A DNA stretch of 64,000 bases, taken from positions 448,837-512,836 of the forward strand of contig JBNGIO010006348.1 of assembly GCA_049999805.1 (NCBI GenBank), written 5' to 3'. The position numbers and the translations under genes were made by a program. Under the pieces are notes generated by a model. It was not told the origin of the DNA and did no database searches. It saw only the letters and a program-made list of their open reading frames with translations. Positions 36,201 through 48,399 of the stretch are shown in pieces. The stretch's first letter is position 1. The number at the start of each line of letters is the position of its first letter. This DNA is from Folioceros fuciformis (Eukaryota).

Positions 36201-38963
36201 AAAAAAAACTAGGACTTCTCCATCACAGAAGTGTCATGAACCATGGTTGGAGGACTGCCCCACCAACAAGCAAGTAGGCTCCTTACCAGGATGTGGTCCG
36301 CAACAGGCAAAAAATCCACCTGCTGAGTGATAAATACTACAGTCTTTGGGCCCAGCTCTTGGAGAATGCACTCCTGCACTTGAAGTGAGAAAGCAGATAA
36401 TTAAAATGCAAGGGAGAAAGATCATTGGGCATCGAAGCAGTGTTTAGAGGTTACACCCAAATGCCCATACCTGGAAAATTTGACTGCTCGTTTGAGCATC
36501 CAAAGCACTGAAAGGATCGTCCAAAATGTAGATATCTGCGTCTTGATACACTGCACGTGCAAGTTGAATACGTTGCTTTTGCCCTCCACTCAGATTAATA
36601 CCACGCTCACCAATCTCTGTTTTATCACCATGAGTGAAGAGCTCCAAGTCTTTCTTCAATTGGCATACCTCCAGAACTCTTTCATATTTGGCACGGTCCA
36701 TCAGACTTCCAAAAAGAATGTTATCCTGAACTGATCCGCTTTGTATCCAAGGCGTCTGAGCAACATACGCTGTCCTTCCTTTCACCCGCACCTGCACGCA
36801 CCCACTTGCTTTCAGTAAAATTGCAAGATTTCACATGAGGCAGCACTTCAAATAATTCAAGCATTCCTACCGCAAGTTACCTGTCAGACGAAAGTGGAGG
36901 AAGTGGAGAAGGAATAGTGATCTTACAGTGCCAGATATCTTTGGAATCTCACCAAGAAAACATGACAACAAACTTGATTTTCCCGAACCAACAATGCCAC
37001 ATACAGCTACCCGTTCTCCTGTCTTAATCTGCAGATCCACGTGTCGAAGGGTAGGAATATCCAGAGACGTGTCCCAACTGAATACTCCTCCGTCGACTTC
37101 AATTGCCATACTAGGGCCCACGCCTTCTCCAGTTCCAGAGTCCGAGGAAAGCTTGGTGACGGCATCAGACCAAATCTCAGGCTCCTCAAGAAAATGCCAA
37201 ATACGGCTCAACGAAACTTTGGTCTGTGCAATTGTTGACACAAGATCCGGAAAATTTCTCAACGGTTCCTGCAGAACCCTGAAGGTGGCTAGAGCTGACA
37301 AGACTCTGCCTGCAGTTAAGGGTATGCCAAGGATCATGCAAGTAGCAAATGTGAAGACAGAAACGAACGTGGGAGCAGCCCAGAATATGAACGTGTTGAA
37401 GCACATAGTGTACAAGCTCTTGGCAAGCCAAACACTTTCATCTTTCCTTAACCGCTCTATTTTCAGAAGATATCTATTCTCCCACGCATGTAATTTGAGA
37501 GTTCTCATGCTGCGTAGTGCCTCAGCTGTCGCTTTCATCCTCTCATCCTTCGCTTTCATCAAGCGACCTTGGTACCTCTCAATGACTCTCCCGATGGGCG
37601 AAGTTGCAGTCAAAGCAAAGATAGTGGCACCCAATGTTGCCAATGTGGCTATACCAACGCTTTTGTAAAGAATAGCCAGTGCGAGAGTAATTTGCAGAGG
37701 CAGAATCCAGATGTCATGCATATACCAGGCGAAATCTCCAATTCGAGGGACGTCGACTGCCATGTAGTTGATGATCTCTCCTGCTGTGTAGTTTCTCCTG
37801 GACTCGCTCGATAAACGCAAGCCCTTCCAGTAGACAAATCCAGTCAAAGCTGAGCGAACCCGCAGTCCTAGAAACTCTGTTCCCAGGTACCATTGCCTCT
37901 GCGTCAACGACTCGACCAACTTGGCACCGAAGAAGGCAACTGCCAGAACATATCCTTCGTGAGCAAAACGCTGCTGGCCGCCCAAGAACTCCACAAAGTC
38001 ACTGATGAGATAGGGACCAACAAAGGCTGCACACGAATTTGTCCCTGCGAACAACGCATTCCACGCTGCAGTTCTCCAGTAGGTTCTGACGATGCCCTTC
38101 AGCAGAGAAGGACGTGATTCAGGTACTTCCAGCTTCAACTCGTTCCAAGCACCCAGTAGCAGACGATAATTTGTCTTGGCCCGATGTTCAGATGCCAGTA
38201 AGGGCAGGTCCCCTGCCTCGAGAGGTTTACGAGCCCCCACAGCAAGAACAGGATTGAGCCAGGATATTGTAGCAAGACTCCAAAATCCAGCTCTACTGTA
38301 AGGAGTAACCTTATCATCTTCGTCGCCATTGTCCCGTGGAGACGAAAGCAGAGGCTCGTGCAAGTCATTCTCACCAACGTCTACACCCGTCTTGCCATAA
38401 ACAGCGACCACGGAAAGGAAAAGACTTACAGGAGCTGACAACGCGACCAAACAATCTCGAATCCCAAAACTGGCAGGACTTTCAACAAGGGCGTAGATGC
38501 CAAAGCCGAGAGCTAACAGAGCAAACGAGCACGAGACAATCCACCACGCCCGTAACAGTCTAGGATAGTATCCTTTCCCAGACCGTGCTGTCCTCTCCGC
38601 AACTATACTCATTACCAGCCACGCCAATCCCTGAACCGCAAACTCATAAACGTCATCGGGGTATCTCAATCTATCCGTCCCAAACACGATCGTTGCAACG
38701 GTTGCGAAATTCGCCACAGCGAGAGCAAGGCAGCACCCAAACACTGCCTTGAACAAGACTCCCCGCCGAAGCACCACCCTCTCGACTCCATTCGCACTAA
38801 CAGGCTCCCTGGCAAGCCCGACGCGCGCCTTTCGAGACCCCAGACGCGTAAGCGCCGCCTCACACAAGAACAACACCAAGAACGCGAAGTCCACAACCGA
38901 CGTCAGAAAGTGCTGCGCTCCAGTCTCCAGCACCAACTTATGCATCCTGTTTGCCATCCACAT
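33234..38963 (-). CDS. ABCC: ABC transporter subfamily C (MRP), ABCC3/ABCC5-like
   Basis: TMD0-TMD1; NBD1 with [25 protein letters not shown] and [13 protein letters not shown]2; NBD2 with [17 protein letters not shown] and [11 protein letters not shown]. Last exon ends ...SENRL* at 33234. Confidence 0.95.
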
Positions 38964-39839
38964 TGCTCTAGCCGCTGCTGCCAGCCTCCGCTTCCTCCGA
39001 ATTCCTTACAATCGAACGTTCGCCCCGACACGTCTCCACCGTGAAACATTACCACGCCTATCCTCCTACTCTTTCCACCCCACGGCTCTCACTGCAGCCA
39101 ATTCCTTCGCAAGCCGACCCGCGTCCCAACTCAAAATCCTGCCAAGACACTGCACGAAGAAAAGCTGCCGCCTGGTTATGACTAAGACAGGCAGTCACAC
39201 AAACCTCCTCCGTAGCTCCCTCACCACCCGCAGAGAATGCTTTCTAGGCCTGCCGCTTACCGTACCTCAGTATAGGCAGACGCCTGGCGGGTTTAGGAAC
39301 ACCCTCCTAATTGAAGCCAGAGAGACTCCAGAAGAGAGCTCATCTCCTGCAGCAGACGCCGAGGGAATACGGAATTGGAGCGACGGGCCTGCGATTTGCA
39401 AGGAAGGCCTGCAGGTTCTTCAAAACCACAGCTGCTTCGCAACTCCGGTCGCTGCCGAGGCCAACGCAGAATCACATCAAAGGCATGGAATCAACGATGC
39501 AAGAGAAGCGACATTCCGATTCCGAATGTCCGAACAAGCGCGACAAATAACATGCCAGTCCCGACGCCTCGATCAGAGCACCGCCGCAGGTTGGACAGCA
39601 GCCGACCAACTTTACTGGTTCGCGGGACTTTCTACAGGTTTAAGCCTCCCGGGGCGAAAGCCTGGCGATACTCACGAGCTGGATACTGCATGTTCATCCC
39701 CGGCGTTTAGTGGCGGCGGTTGGGAGAAGGCGAATTCTGGCGCGCCACGTCTTGGGACGCTGCACAATTGTCCAAGCCACGTTTGAACCATGCCGGGTCC
39801 TTTTGAGGTCCTTGGAGAGTTAACACCGAGATAAGGCAT

Positions 39840-39890
39840 CCGTTCCGTTGTTTAAGGAAGATGTTCCGTTATTTATTACGGGCCGTTGGG
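39840..39890 (-). promoter_or_regulatory. Cluster of AACGG (MSA/MYB3R-type) motifs in the ABCC-SMU2 divergent promoter
   Basis: CCGTT at 39840, 39845, 39866 and 39883; the last reads CCCAACGGCC on the minus strand. Confidence 0.35.
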
Positions 39891-39971
39891 GTCATTGTTA
39901 CGGGGCCGAATAGTGGAGGCAGAAAAGCGGTAGGCAGCTAGGAGCTAGGAGTTGCACGGATGGGGATTGCG

Positions 39972-42900
39972 ATGGAGAACAAGGAGGTGGCCACCAGCAA
40001 TCCGTTGCCGCCACCGCCACGGCCAGGGAGGAGAGACACAAGCGAGGATGTGGACTTTAGGGATGCTGCAGGTTTGCGGCAGGAGAATCTCTCCAATGCC
40101 GACTTCAAACGCATGGTTATGGAGACTCCTCGTCGTGGGGATGATAAGTCTGGAAAAGATCGGCCTCGCAGGTACGGTGCAGTTGGCGGATGTCGAGATG
40201 AAACCTTGCTGTACAGAGTCTTTACTGGTGATTCTCGGATTTTGCAGCCGGGTGAAGCGGAATGATGATGATGAAGGAGAAGGAGAGAAGAAGAAGCAGA
40301 AAAGACACTGGAATAAGCTGAAAGAGTGAGTGAGTCTTTTTAGATTTGCTTCTGCGCGCCTGGAGTGTTGTCTTTGTATGCTCACCCATCCTGTGTGATG
40401 TAGGGAGGAAAAGAACGATGATTCGGACTTGCATAGATATCGAGATCGTGCTAAGGAGCGCAGGGAAGATCAGAATCCAGATTACAGCCACACCGCAGCT
40501 GAACTCGGCTCTCTCAATGCTGTTGCTCCACCTGGCAGTGTGAATTTGCGGTTCGTGTAGTGAGATGTTTCTTCTGCTGAAGGCAGCTTGTTTATACCAG
40601 GAGCAAATTCAGGATCAGTTTTCCTGCTGCTTTTAGGCTATGGTGTTGAATCCGGTAAACTTGGATTGATCTTGACTTACAGACCTTTCTCTGTGCCATG
40701 GTTGTCATTTTTTACGGTCTTCTGGCAGGACCACTGATGCTCATCGGATCTCCATCGAGAAGAGCAAATTTCTTGGAGGTTAACTTTGTGCTGGCTGAGA
40801 AAGAGTTCGTGACGTGTGCTTCTTGGACGGATTAGTCTTTAACACCAAGCGTGGCACTGGATTGGAACAGGTGATGTTGAGCACACACATCTGGTGAAAG
40901 GACTTGATTATGCATTGCTTCATAAAGTCCGTAGTGAAATTGACCACAAACCAGATGAAGAGGAAGAGGAGAAACGGAGGTAGAAAGAGTTTGGATCTTC
41001 CAGCTTTCTGTTGTGGAGTGTTCTGGTGCCTTCAGTCATTTTCTCTTATCACAGTGTGGCACCTGTTCCTTGAACTTCAGGGGCGGACATTTCAAAGAGG
41101 ATCAAGCAGTGACGTTCCGCATGTCCATAGCCAAGGTGCTCCTCTCTACTAGGTTGACCGCAGATGTTTGTGTATTCTGTTTAGCAGTAAATTGACTTAT
41201 ACTGTGACAGACGGTGTACCAATGGATAGTGAAACCTCAAACAGGGGCCAAGGCAAATGAAATGTTCCTCCCCGGACGGATGGCTTTTGTCTTCAGCATG
41301 GTAAGATATCCATTGAGCTTGTCAGGCTTCAGAGCACCTGTAAACAGATTTTGATTCCAGGTTGGTCAGAGATATAACATGGATTTGACTTTGAAGGATG
41401 AAGACATTTCCCATGACTTGCCCACGACTGTTTATCGGAGCAAGGCTGATTGCCCTGGAGCACAGGTAGGTGTCATTTCCAACTATGAAATGATTACTAT
41501 TGCTGCAATGGAACGTGGTTTTAACTGGTGTTGGTTGCTTGTAGGAAACTGTCACCGTTGGTGTTGATGGTACTGTACTTGAGCGCATTGCAAAAATTAT
41601 GGCTTACCTTCGGTTAGGATCATCTGGCAAGGTGCATAGCGTCACTATTGAACGGAGTAGTAGTGCTTCTGCAAGTGTGGTCCTGAGTCTTTGGAATGAC
41701 TTTGAAGGCCTGCACTGTGGTTTGTGATTTAGGTCCTAAAGAAGAAGAAGAAGGAGGGTAAAGGTATGTGTGCTTCCTTCTTGCGTTGCTGGTTATTGCA
41801 TTCCATGTGGTATCCTCATTGTTTGTCCCCTGGCCCTGTCAATGTCAAGAGCTCTTGGCTGTTATTGCCTTCTAGGTGGTGGCCTGGCCGACGATCAGAA
41901 AAAGGTATCGCAGGTGATCCATGGTGTTTCAGGGAAGCTGCAAGACCAGGAAGCGATGCCACCACCACCATTGCCACTTCAGCAAGGAGAAGTTGGCCGA
42001 ACTAGCAAGCAAGCACCAGGTGGGGGTAAAGTGGAGCAGCAGCCAGCTACTACAGATGTAAATGCTCAAAGGAATGAGGAAGACGACATTTTTCAAGGGG
42101 CTGGTGTGCATCATCTGGTTGTGAATGGTAGGGGAAGCAGTCCTTTGTCAGAAGATATGGAAGAGTCACCTCGAGACAACGAAAAACAGTCATATTTCGG
42201 CACTTCGACTTTTGGGGCTTCTCTTCAGTCACAACCTGCAGGCCAGGAATGGCAGCAGCCGGTATGTTGTTCAGGCATTTTTTGTCTTGCAAGGGGAGCA
42301 GAGGGTTCTCATTCTGAAGGCTTTGACTCATGGCATTTTCACAGGGCTACGATTCTGCACAAGGAGCCTCATTCCCTGGTTACCAGAGGGACTGGAATAG
42401 TGAGTTTCCATCTGTGCAGCCTGAATTTCCTGGCCCTTGGCCCCAAGATCAGTATGGATTTGGTGACCAATATCAGGCTGGTGAAGGTGGTGCTCAAGCA
42501 TCTTTGCCCGTCAGAGATGCACGTATCATGACACAGGATGAAAAAGACCGGGGACTTGGCTCTGTCTTCAAGCGTGATGACCAACGCCTCCAACAGTGTA
42601 GGGAGCGGGATGCGAGAGAGAAGGACCCCAACTTCATATCGGAAAGCTATTCTGAGTGCTACCCTGGCTACCAGGAGTACAATCGTGAGGTGGTGGACAG
42701 TGACGAGGAGGAAGATCTGACTAAAATGGATATGGGAGGAAGGGTGAGTGATCTAGAATCTCCTCACCCATTGACCATCGAAAGTGCGTACTGACTTGTG
42801 TCCTTGTTCCTGCACAGGCAAAGGGACGGATGCACAGATGGGACTTCGAAACGGAGGAGGAGTGGGCAAGCTACAATGAGCAAAAGGAAGCCATGCCAAA

Positions 42901-43102
42901 GGCTGCCTTTCAGTTCGGAGTGAAGATGATGGACGGCAGGAAGACCCGGAAGCAGAACAAGGACCAGAAGCTGACGAACGAACTTCACAAGATCAATCAG
43001 ATTCTGGACAGGAAGAAGAAGGACAAGTCGGGGAGCGGTGACTACACCGATGCTGCAGACCATGAGGAAGAAGTTCCAGATAGAAAACGTCTTCGTATGT
43101 GA
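39972..43102 (+). CDS. SMU2: RED-family spliceosomal protein (SMU2 / IK)
   Basis: LSNADFKRM, YRDRAKERREDQNPDY, SKFLGGDVEHTHLVKGLDYALL, LFLPGRMAF-like motif, SYSECYPGY, RWDFETEEEWASYNEQKEAMPKAAFQFGVKMMDGRKT. Confidence 0.95.
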
Positions 43103-43925
43103 ACAGCGTGCTGTGTATGTTTATCTTATGTGTATCATTACAGAATTTTAGTACACACTGCAACGGAACGGGGCCTGAGTTGGCCCCAGATAACTCCACT
43201 CTGGCCCTCTCTTCCCAACCTGGCAAGCCCCTTGCGAGAAGCCACTGTCGCTGATACCACCAACCTCTTCTTGTGTGATACGTAGCTGCTACACACAGTG
43301 GAGGCTTCACCTTTGTGACAATTTAGCCATCTGTTTGCGGCGAAGCTTCGCCCACGCCCAAGCTGGCCTGCCCTTAGCAGCCCCGAGATGCTGCATCGGA
43401 TGCCGCGAAACCACGAGATTCAGATCCAGATTCACCAAGATTCAAGCCTTTCCAAGATTCCAGCCCTTCGCTTTAGGTGGACCGTTTAGCAAGAGAACAG
43501 AAATCCTGCGTGCTCCCGGCGGCTTGGCGCTGGCGGTTGCCGGCGCACTGCACCTAAAACTAGCCACAATGCTTCAATCGGGACCACACGTCTGGCCTAC
43601 CACGGTACTAAAATGTATTTCACCCTCAGGCAGAATGCACCCCGTACGGCTTTGAACACCACTTGCCCGTGCCATCATCAAAGGATCTGACTATCCGTAC
43701 GGTTTCCTAAGTTAAGACTGCAGAAAACGCTGCGTCGTGCTCTGGTCTACGTGTCATCTCAACCCCATGTGCCCCCGTGGGCCCGTCGCAAACTGGTGAG
43801 TTGAATCCACGACAGGCAGCTAGTGATCAGTTTTCGGGGGGCAAATCGGCAAAAATATCTCAAATTCGAGCTCGTTCGAGTCCACAACAAGCCTAATCAA
43901 CCTCGGACAAGGCGGCAGCACCAAG

Positions 43926-46900
43926 TGCATAATGGTCCTTCGCTTTGTGCATGACAAGCAAATCCAATAGTGTAAGTTATAAGCCCAAGTTCGAGCCTTA
44001 TATATGTATGTCTAGGTGATCTCCTAGGCAATGTGTAGTCTTGCGTCCTCAGCATCTACGCAATAGCTAACTTCCTGCCACTTAGCCTAACTTGGAGTGT
44101 CTCCCGTTCAAACCCAATACATATATCAACCCATTCGACAATATCTCCTACACTCNNNNNNNNNNNNNNNNNNNNNNNNNNNNNNNNNNNNNNNNNNNNN
44201 NNNNNNNNNNNNNNNNNNNNNNNNNNNNNNNNNNNNNNNNNNNNNNNNNNNNNNNACCCAATACATATATCAACCCATTCGACAATTCCCCCCCCCCCCC
44301 CACAATTTTTTGCATGGTCGGATGGCTCCAAAACCTACTTCAATGGCATCCAATGTTCTATAGAGCCTTCAATTGCATGCATCTCTTCTTAAAGATGCTC
44401 CAAATCCTTGCCAAAGGAACCTATATTTCTAATTTGTCTTCTAGGGGCTATGGTACCAAGTAGCCATCACCATAGGCTCTCGAGGACTCTACTCTTCCTA
44501 AACTGGTTATCTTCACCAGATAAACCAATTAAGGTACAAAGATTGTCAACTCTCCATGGCCTAAATAGACTTGCTTAGAGCTAGTTGGCTTGCACTCCAC
44601 AACTCATTCACTCAATTAAACCAATTGAGGTACACAAACATCAACTCTCCACGGCCTGAATAGACTTGCTTAGAGCTAGTTGGCTTGCACTCCACAACTC
44701 ATTCACCTCGATGTTTCAACTACTAAGGAATCACCAAGCATGTACATGTCATGTTGTTGCCCTATGAAGAATAGGGCACCCGAGACTCTATGACTGGATA
44801 CTGATTGGAGCATCTTGGGCATAAGCCCTGATGCTGAAGTGCTCGATGATGCCATGTACATGGCCCATGGAGGGCTTGCACATGACATGTATGCCTAGGT
44901 GTGTGTCATGTGTGCATGTGAAGATGAAGGATGACATGTGGATGCATGTGACATGTCTAGAGAGAGGATGTATGTGTCATGGTGGACGTGAACCATGTGT
45001 GTTGGATGCATGTGAGGAGCAATGTCATGGCACATATGAAACGTTGCAGAGATATTCTAAAACAAATATAAAAATGATAAAATAAGAAAAGGACGAAGTA
45101 GGCCACATGTTTAGACAGAAGTTGAGATGGCTCCTCTCCACATTCAGCCAACCAATCAAGCATCTTGATGTCATTTGATGCTAGCTGAACCATATGGACA
45201 AGCTGGCTGCTCAACCAGCGTAACTTTTGCTCCTTCTATGACACAGTGTAAGTCAAGAGGCACTATGCGAGTCATCGGCCACCATTCCTCCAATCAAGAC
45301 AGTAGCAAGCTTGCTCAGTCCAATTGTCTATGCCCATTCCGAATGGAAACAAAAATTCCTGCCCTAATAGTATGTCATAGTTGGTAGCAGTTGTGACCAA
45401 ACAGCGAACTCCCATCACCATGGCATCTGCCGTATTTGGCTTAAGGGTGATCTTGCACCGGCTCCACTATTTCTCCACAAACCGGCTCAATGGCTCTGGA
45501 CGTAGTATGAATATTCCAAGGTGAAGCTTTCAAAGCCGAATCAATCAGCCTCAAACGCGCTGCTAGAGTCTTCCCAATGATGACTGGCTGCGCACCAGTA
45601 TCCATGAGCACCACTCTTGGTGCGTGATCATTCACCAACACATGTCCCTATCTATTATCAACAAGAACATTGCTAACCTTCACAGACAACCTATTGGTAG
45701 GCTGAACAACCAGTTGCCTCTGGATGTCCTTTGCCAAGTGTGCTATGAGGCTAGTCTTGCCCGAAGCCAACACGTCCACAAGGGATCCAATTGGCTGATC
45801 TGAGCTAGCATGCTGTGACTCTGGTGACCTGCCGAGAGGATTCCAGTTTGTGAGAGTTGTCACCGTGGCCAGTGCTCCTGTGGTTGCATGTGTTGGCATC
45901 CCCATACTAGACTACAGCATGACCTTGACTCTAGTCTCATCCACACCCACCCCTTGAAGGGTAAATAGTGGGACAGACCGAATGCGTGCCAAAAGCTTCT
46001 TGTTTGTCAACATAGTTGTCAACAGGCGTGTGGAAAATGGGGCTACTGCAGGAGCAGGTCCTACTGACGTGGTGCTAGGTTTTGGCAAGTCCCCTTCCTT
46101 TGGCAAATGGTCAGCTCCTCTAATTGGTGCTATAGCGCTAGGAGATAGCTGTCAAAATGACTGGGGCATGGCTGCCTTGGCTCCATGCTACCGCGTAGTG
46201 GCTACTGCCGACTCCAATGATTGTCCATGCTAGAACTGTGGCGCCTGTCCATGCAATGCACTAACTAGAGGTTGAGCCATGTCAACCTTGGTGCCAACTT
46301 TCTTCTTGAGTCCAACTGTTCTGTCCACAGCATATAGGTCGTAAGGTGAACCGTAGTCCTCACCATCCTCCAAGGGTCTTTCAGCTATCAATGTTGCTAC
46401 CGAGGTCGGCTTAGCCGCAGCCATGCTGGCAATGAGTGCCGCCACTTCCATGGTAAGTGTTGCCATCGTTGTCTCAAGAGCACTCACTTTGTCCACCTTT
46501 TGCTTGACCTTGTCGCGCTTCTGTTTGCTCTTGCTGACACCAACAATACTAGGTTGAGCCTCCTTTGCTCCTCCTATGGTTGCTGTGGTTGTAGAGGCTA
46601 CAGTCCCACTCTTCTGATACTGTTGCTCCGGGTACTTTTGAAAACACACGGCCTCCACACGACCTCCACATGGCCTGGCTTAGAGCAATGCGCGCACACT
46701 AGAGACTTCGGGGCACACTTGCATGCTGGGAATAAGTGCTCAGCCCTGCCACATCTATTGCATAAGGCTATGATTGCGGCTGCAGTCGCTGCCTTGGACT
46801 TGTTGTCCTTAGCCTTTGCACCCATGCCGTGACTACCACTAGCCTCTCCAGAACCACCCTTCGCTAAGAACATGCTCTTGTAGTGCTGAAAAGCCTTCGT

Positions 46901-47700
46901 ATGTTGAGAGGCATATGTTGAGAAGGCCAATTCCTTCTTCTCTACTTCTTAGTACACCTGATCCAACGTATAGTTGTCCCCATATTTGTCCACCAATGTG
47001 GTAAATAGCTGGTAATGAAACATGGAATTAGTCTCAAGGGTAGCCAAAAAACTTTTGCGCTGCCTCCTGGTCGGTCAACAACCCTGTGCCATCCCTCAAC
47101 TTCTACAATCGCCTAAAGGCCATCTGCACCGTCTCACCCTTCTTGCGCTCAAAGGATGCAAGTTTTGCTATCTTTTCCGATGTCTTGGTCAAGAAGGCAT
47201 TGTCCAAAATTTCAAAGAAGTCCTCCACAGGGTTGTCATGCTTAGGGACATCCAACATGTCTAGAGTTCCTGCTATGGCCGTGGCCATCTCTGCAAGAGT
47301 CATGTTCACCACCGTAGGTGGTGGCTCTATAGCCGCAAGTGTACCGAATGCGATTCCCGCCTGATGGGTAGACACCGCAGTAGCCAGCAAGTTTTTGTCA
47401 GCTAATTGCAGAGCTGTTGTGTAAACCGCGTTAGGCTTCTCCACCATAGCCAACATTTCAGGGGCATGAATTTCAAACGGATCTAAAGCCTCATCTGCCA
47501 GGTATCCAGGTAACAACTCAAACATGTATCGGTGAGAGAAGGCAGCGCCATGTTTAAACTTGACGCGAGTGGTCAAAAACCTAAAGAACAACTTGAAATC
47601 ACAAAGAGTCTGCGTTCCTGGCCTACCTGAGAACTTTTTAGACTTGTGAATAGATTATCTAGACCCCTCCATGGTGTTTGACTCCTTGGACTCTTCCTCC
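43926..47700 (-). mobile_element. Decayed LTR-type retroelement: Gag-like region, two CCHC zinc knuckles, aspartic protease; PPT and LTR-like end downstream
   Basis: CNRCGRAEHLFPAC and CAHCSKPGHVE(AV)C knuckles; LMDTGAQPVIIG protease active site near 45600 and YDILLGQEFL near 45370. Several stops and frameshifts. A polypurine tract followed by TGTCG lies at 44300-44280. Confidence 0.7.
44522..44706 (+). repeat. Two-copy tandem repeat, 96-bp period
   Basis: aaaccaatt.aggtaca...tcaactctcca.ggcct.aatagacttgcttagagctagttggcttgcactccacaactcattcac starts at 44522 and again at 44618. Confidence 0.85.
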
Positions 47701-48399
47701 TTAGAGTTGGAAGCTCCACTCACAGCCTGGACAATGGTGGTCAAAGGTGACCAACTTACCCCTACAGCCCCCCAACAGTGTTGAACGCTACCCCAACACC
47801 ACTCTCGCTTGTGGCCCCCTGGTTAGGAAAAGCCTAGCAGTCAATCAACTCCTCAGCTAGTACTAGAACAGGTGAGCTAGGCCTAACAGCTCGTTGACGT
47901 CGAGCTCTACGTCGAGAAACCCAAGGCCACTATGGGACAGCCCTACTCCTCAAGTTGTAAGTTGCTTCTCCATCGCTCGCATCAAATGGCATACCCCATG
48001 CAAGAACAGATGAAACCAGAGATTAGCAACTGGTTGATAAAAAAAACCCCTTGTTCCTTGTGCCTGAGTTACTCTTCCCTTGCCCAAGACCTAGACCTTA
48101 GTCAACAATCAATACAGCGTCCAAATAACTCACCTTGCACAAAGATCCACGCCACTAGCAGTCTGTCTAAGAATGTAAACCCTAGACAAACATAAGGCCT
48201 TAGACAAAGATCTGTACAACTTTTAAAAACAACTCGGTCACCACCTTTGCATCAGCCAACGATGCCAACAGCTATGACCAAGGCGCATCGCAATTGCTTG
48301 AAGTGACGAGACGAGTTCGAATTCACAGAGTCACGGTTCCGCACACACATGACCTTCAAACTCTGCAAGCAAACAAGTTTGCCAGCATCAGACTTTCTG

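Noticed and set aside
38749-39786. 345-aa plus-strand ORF
   Set aside because: Antisense to the ABCC 5' end and promoter in GC-rich DNA; no recognisable domain.
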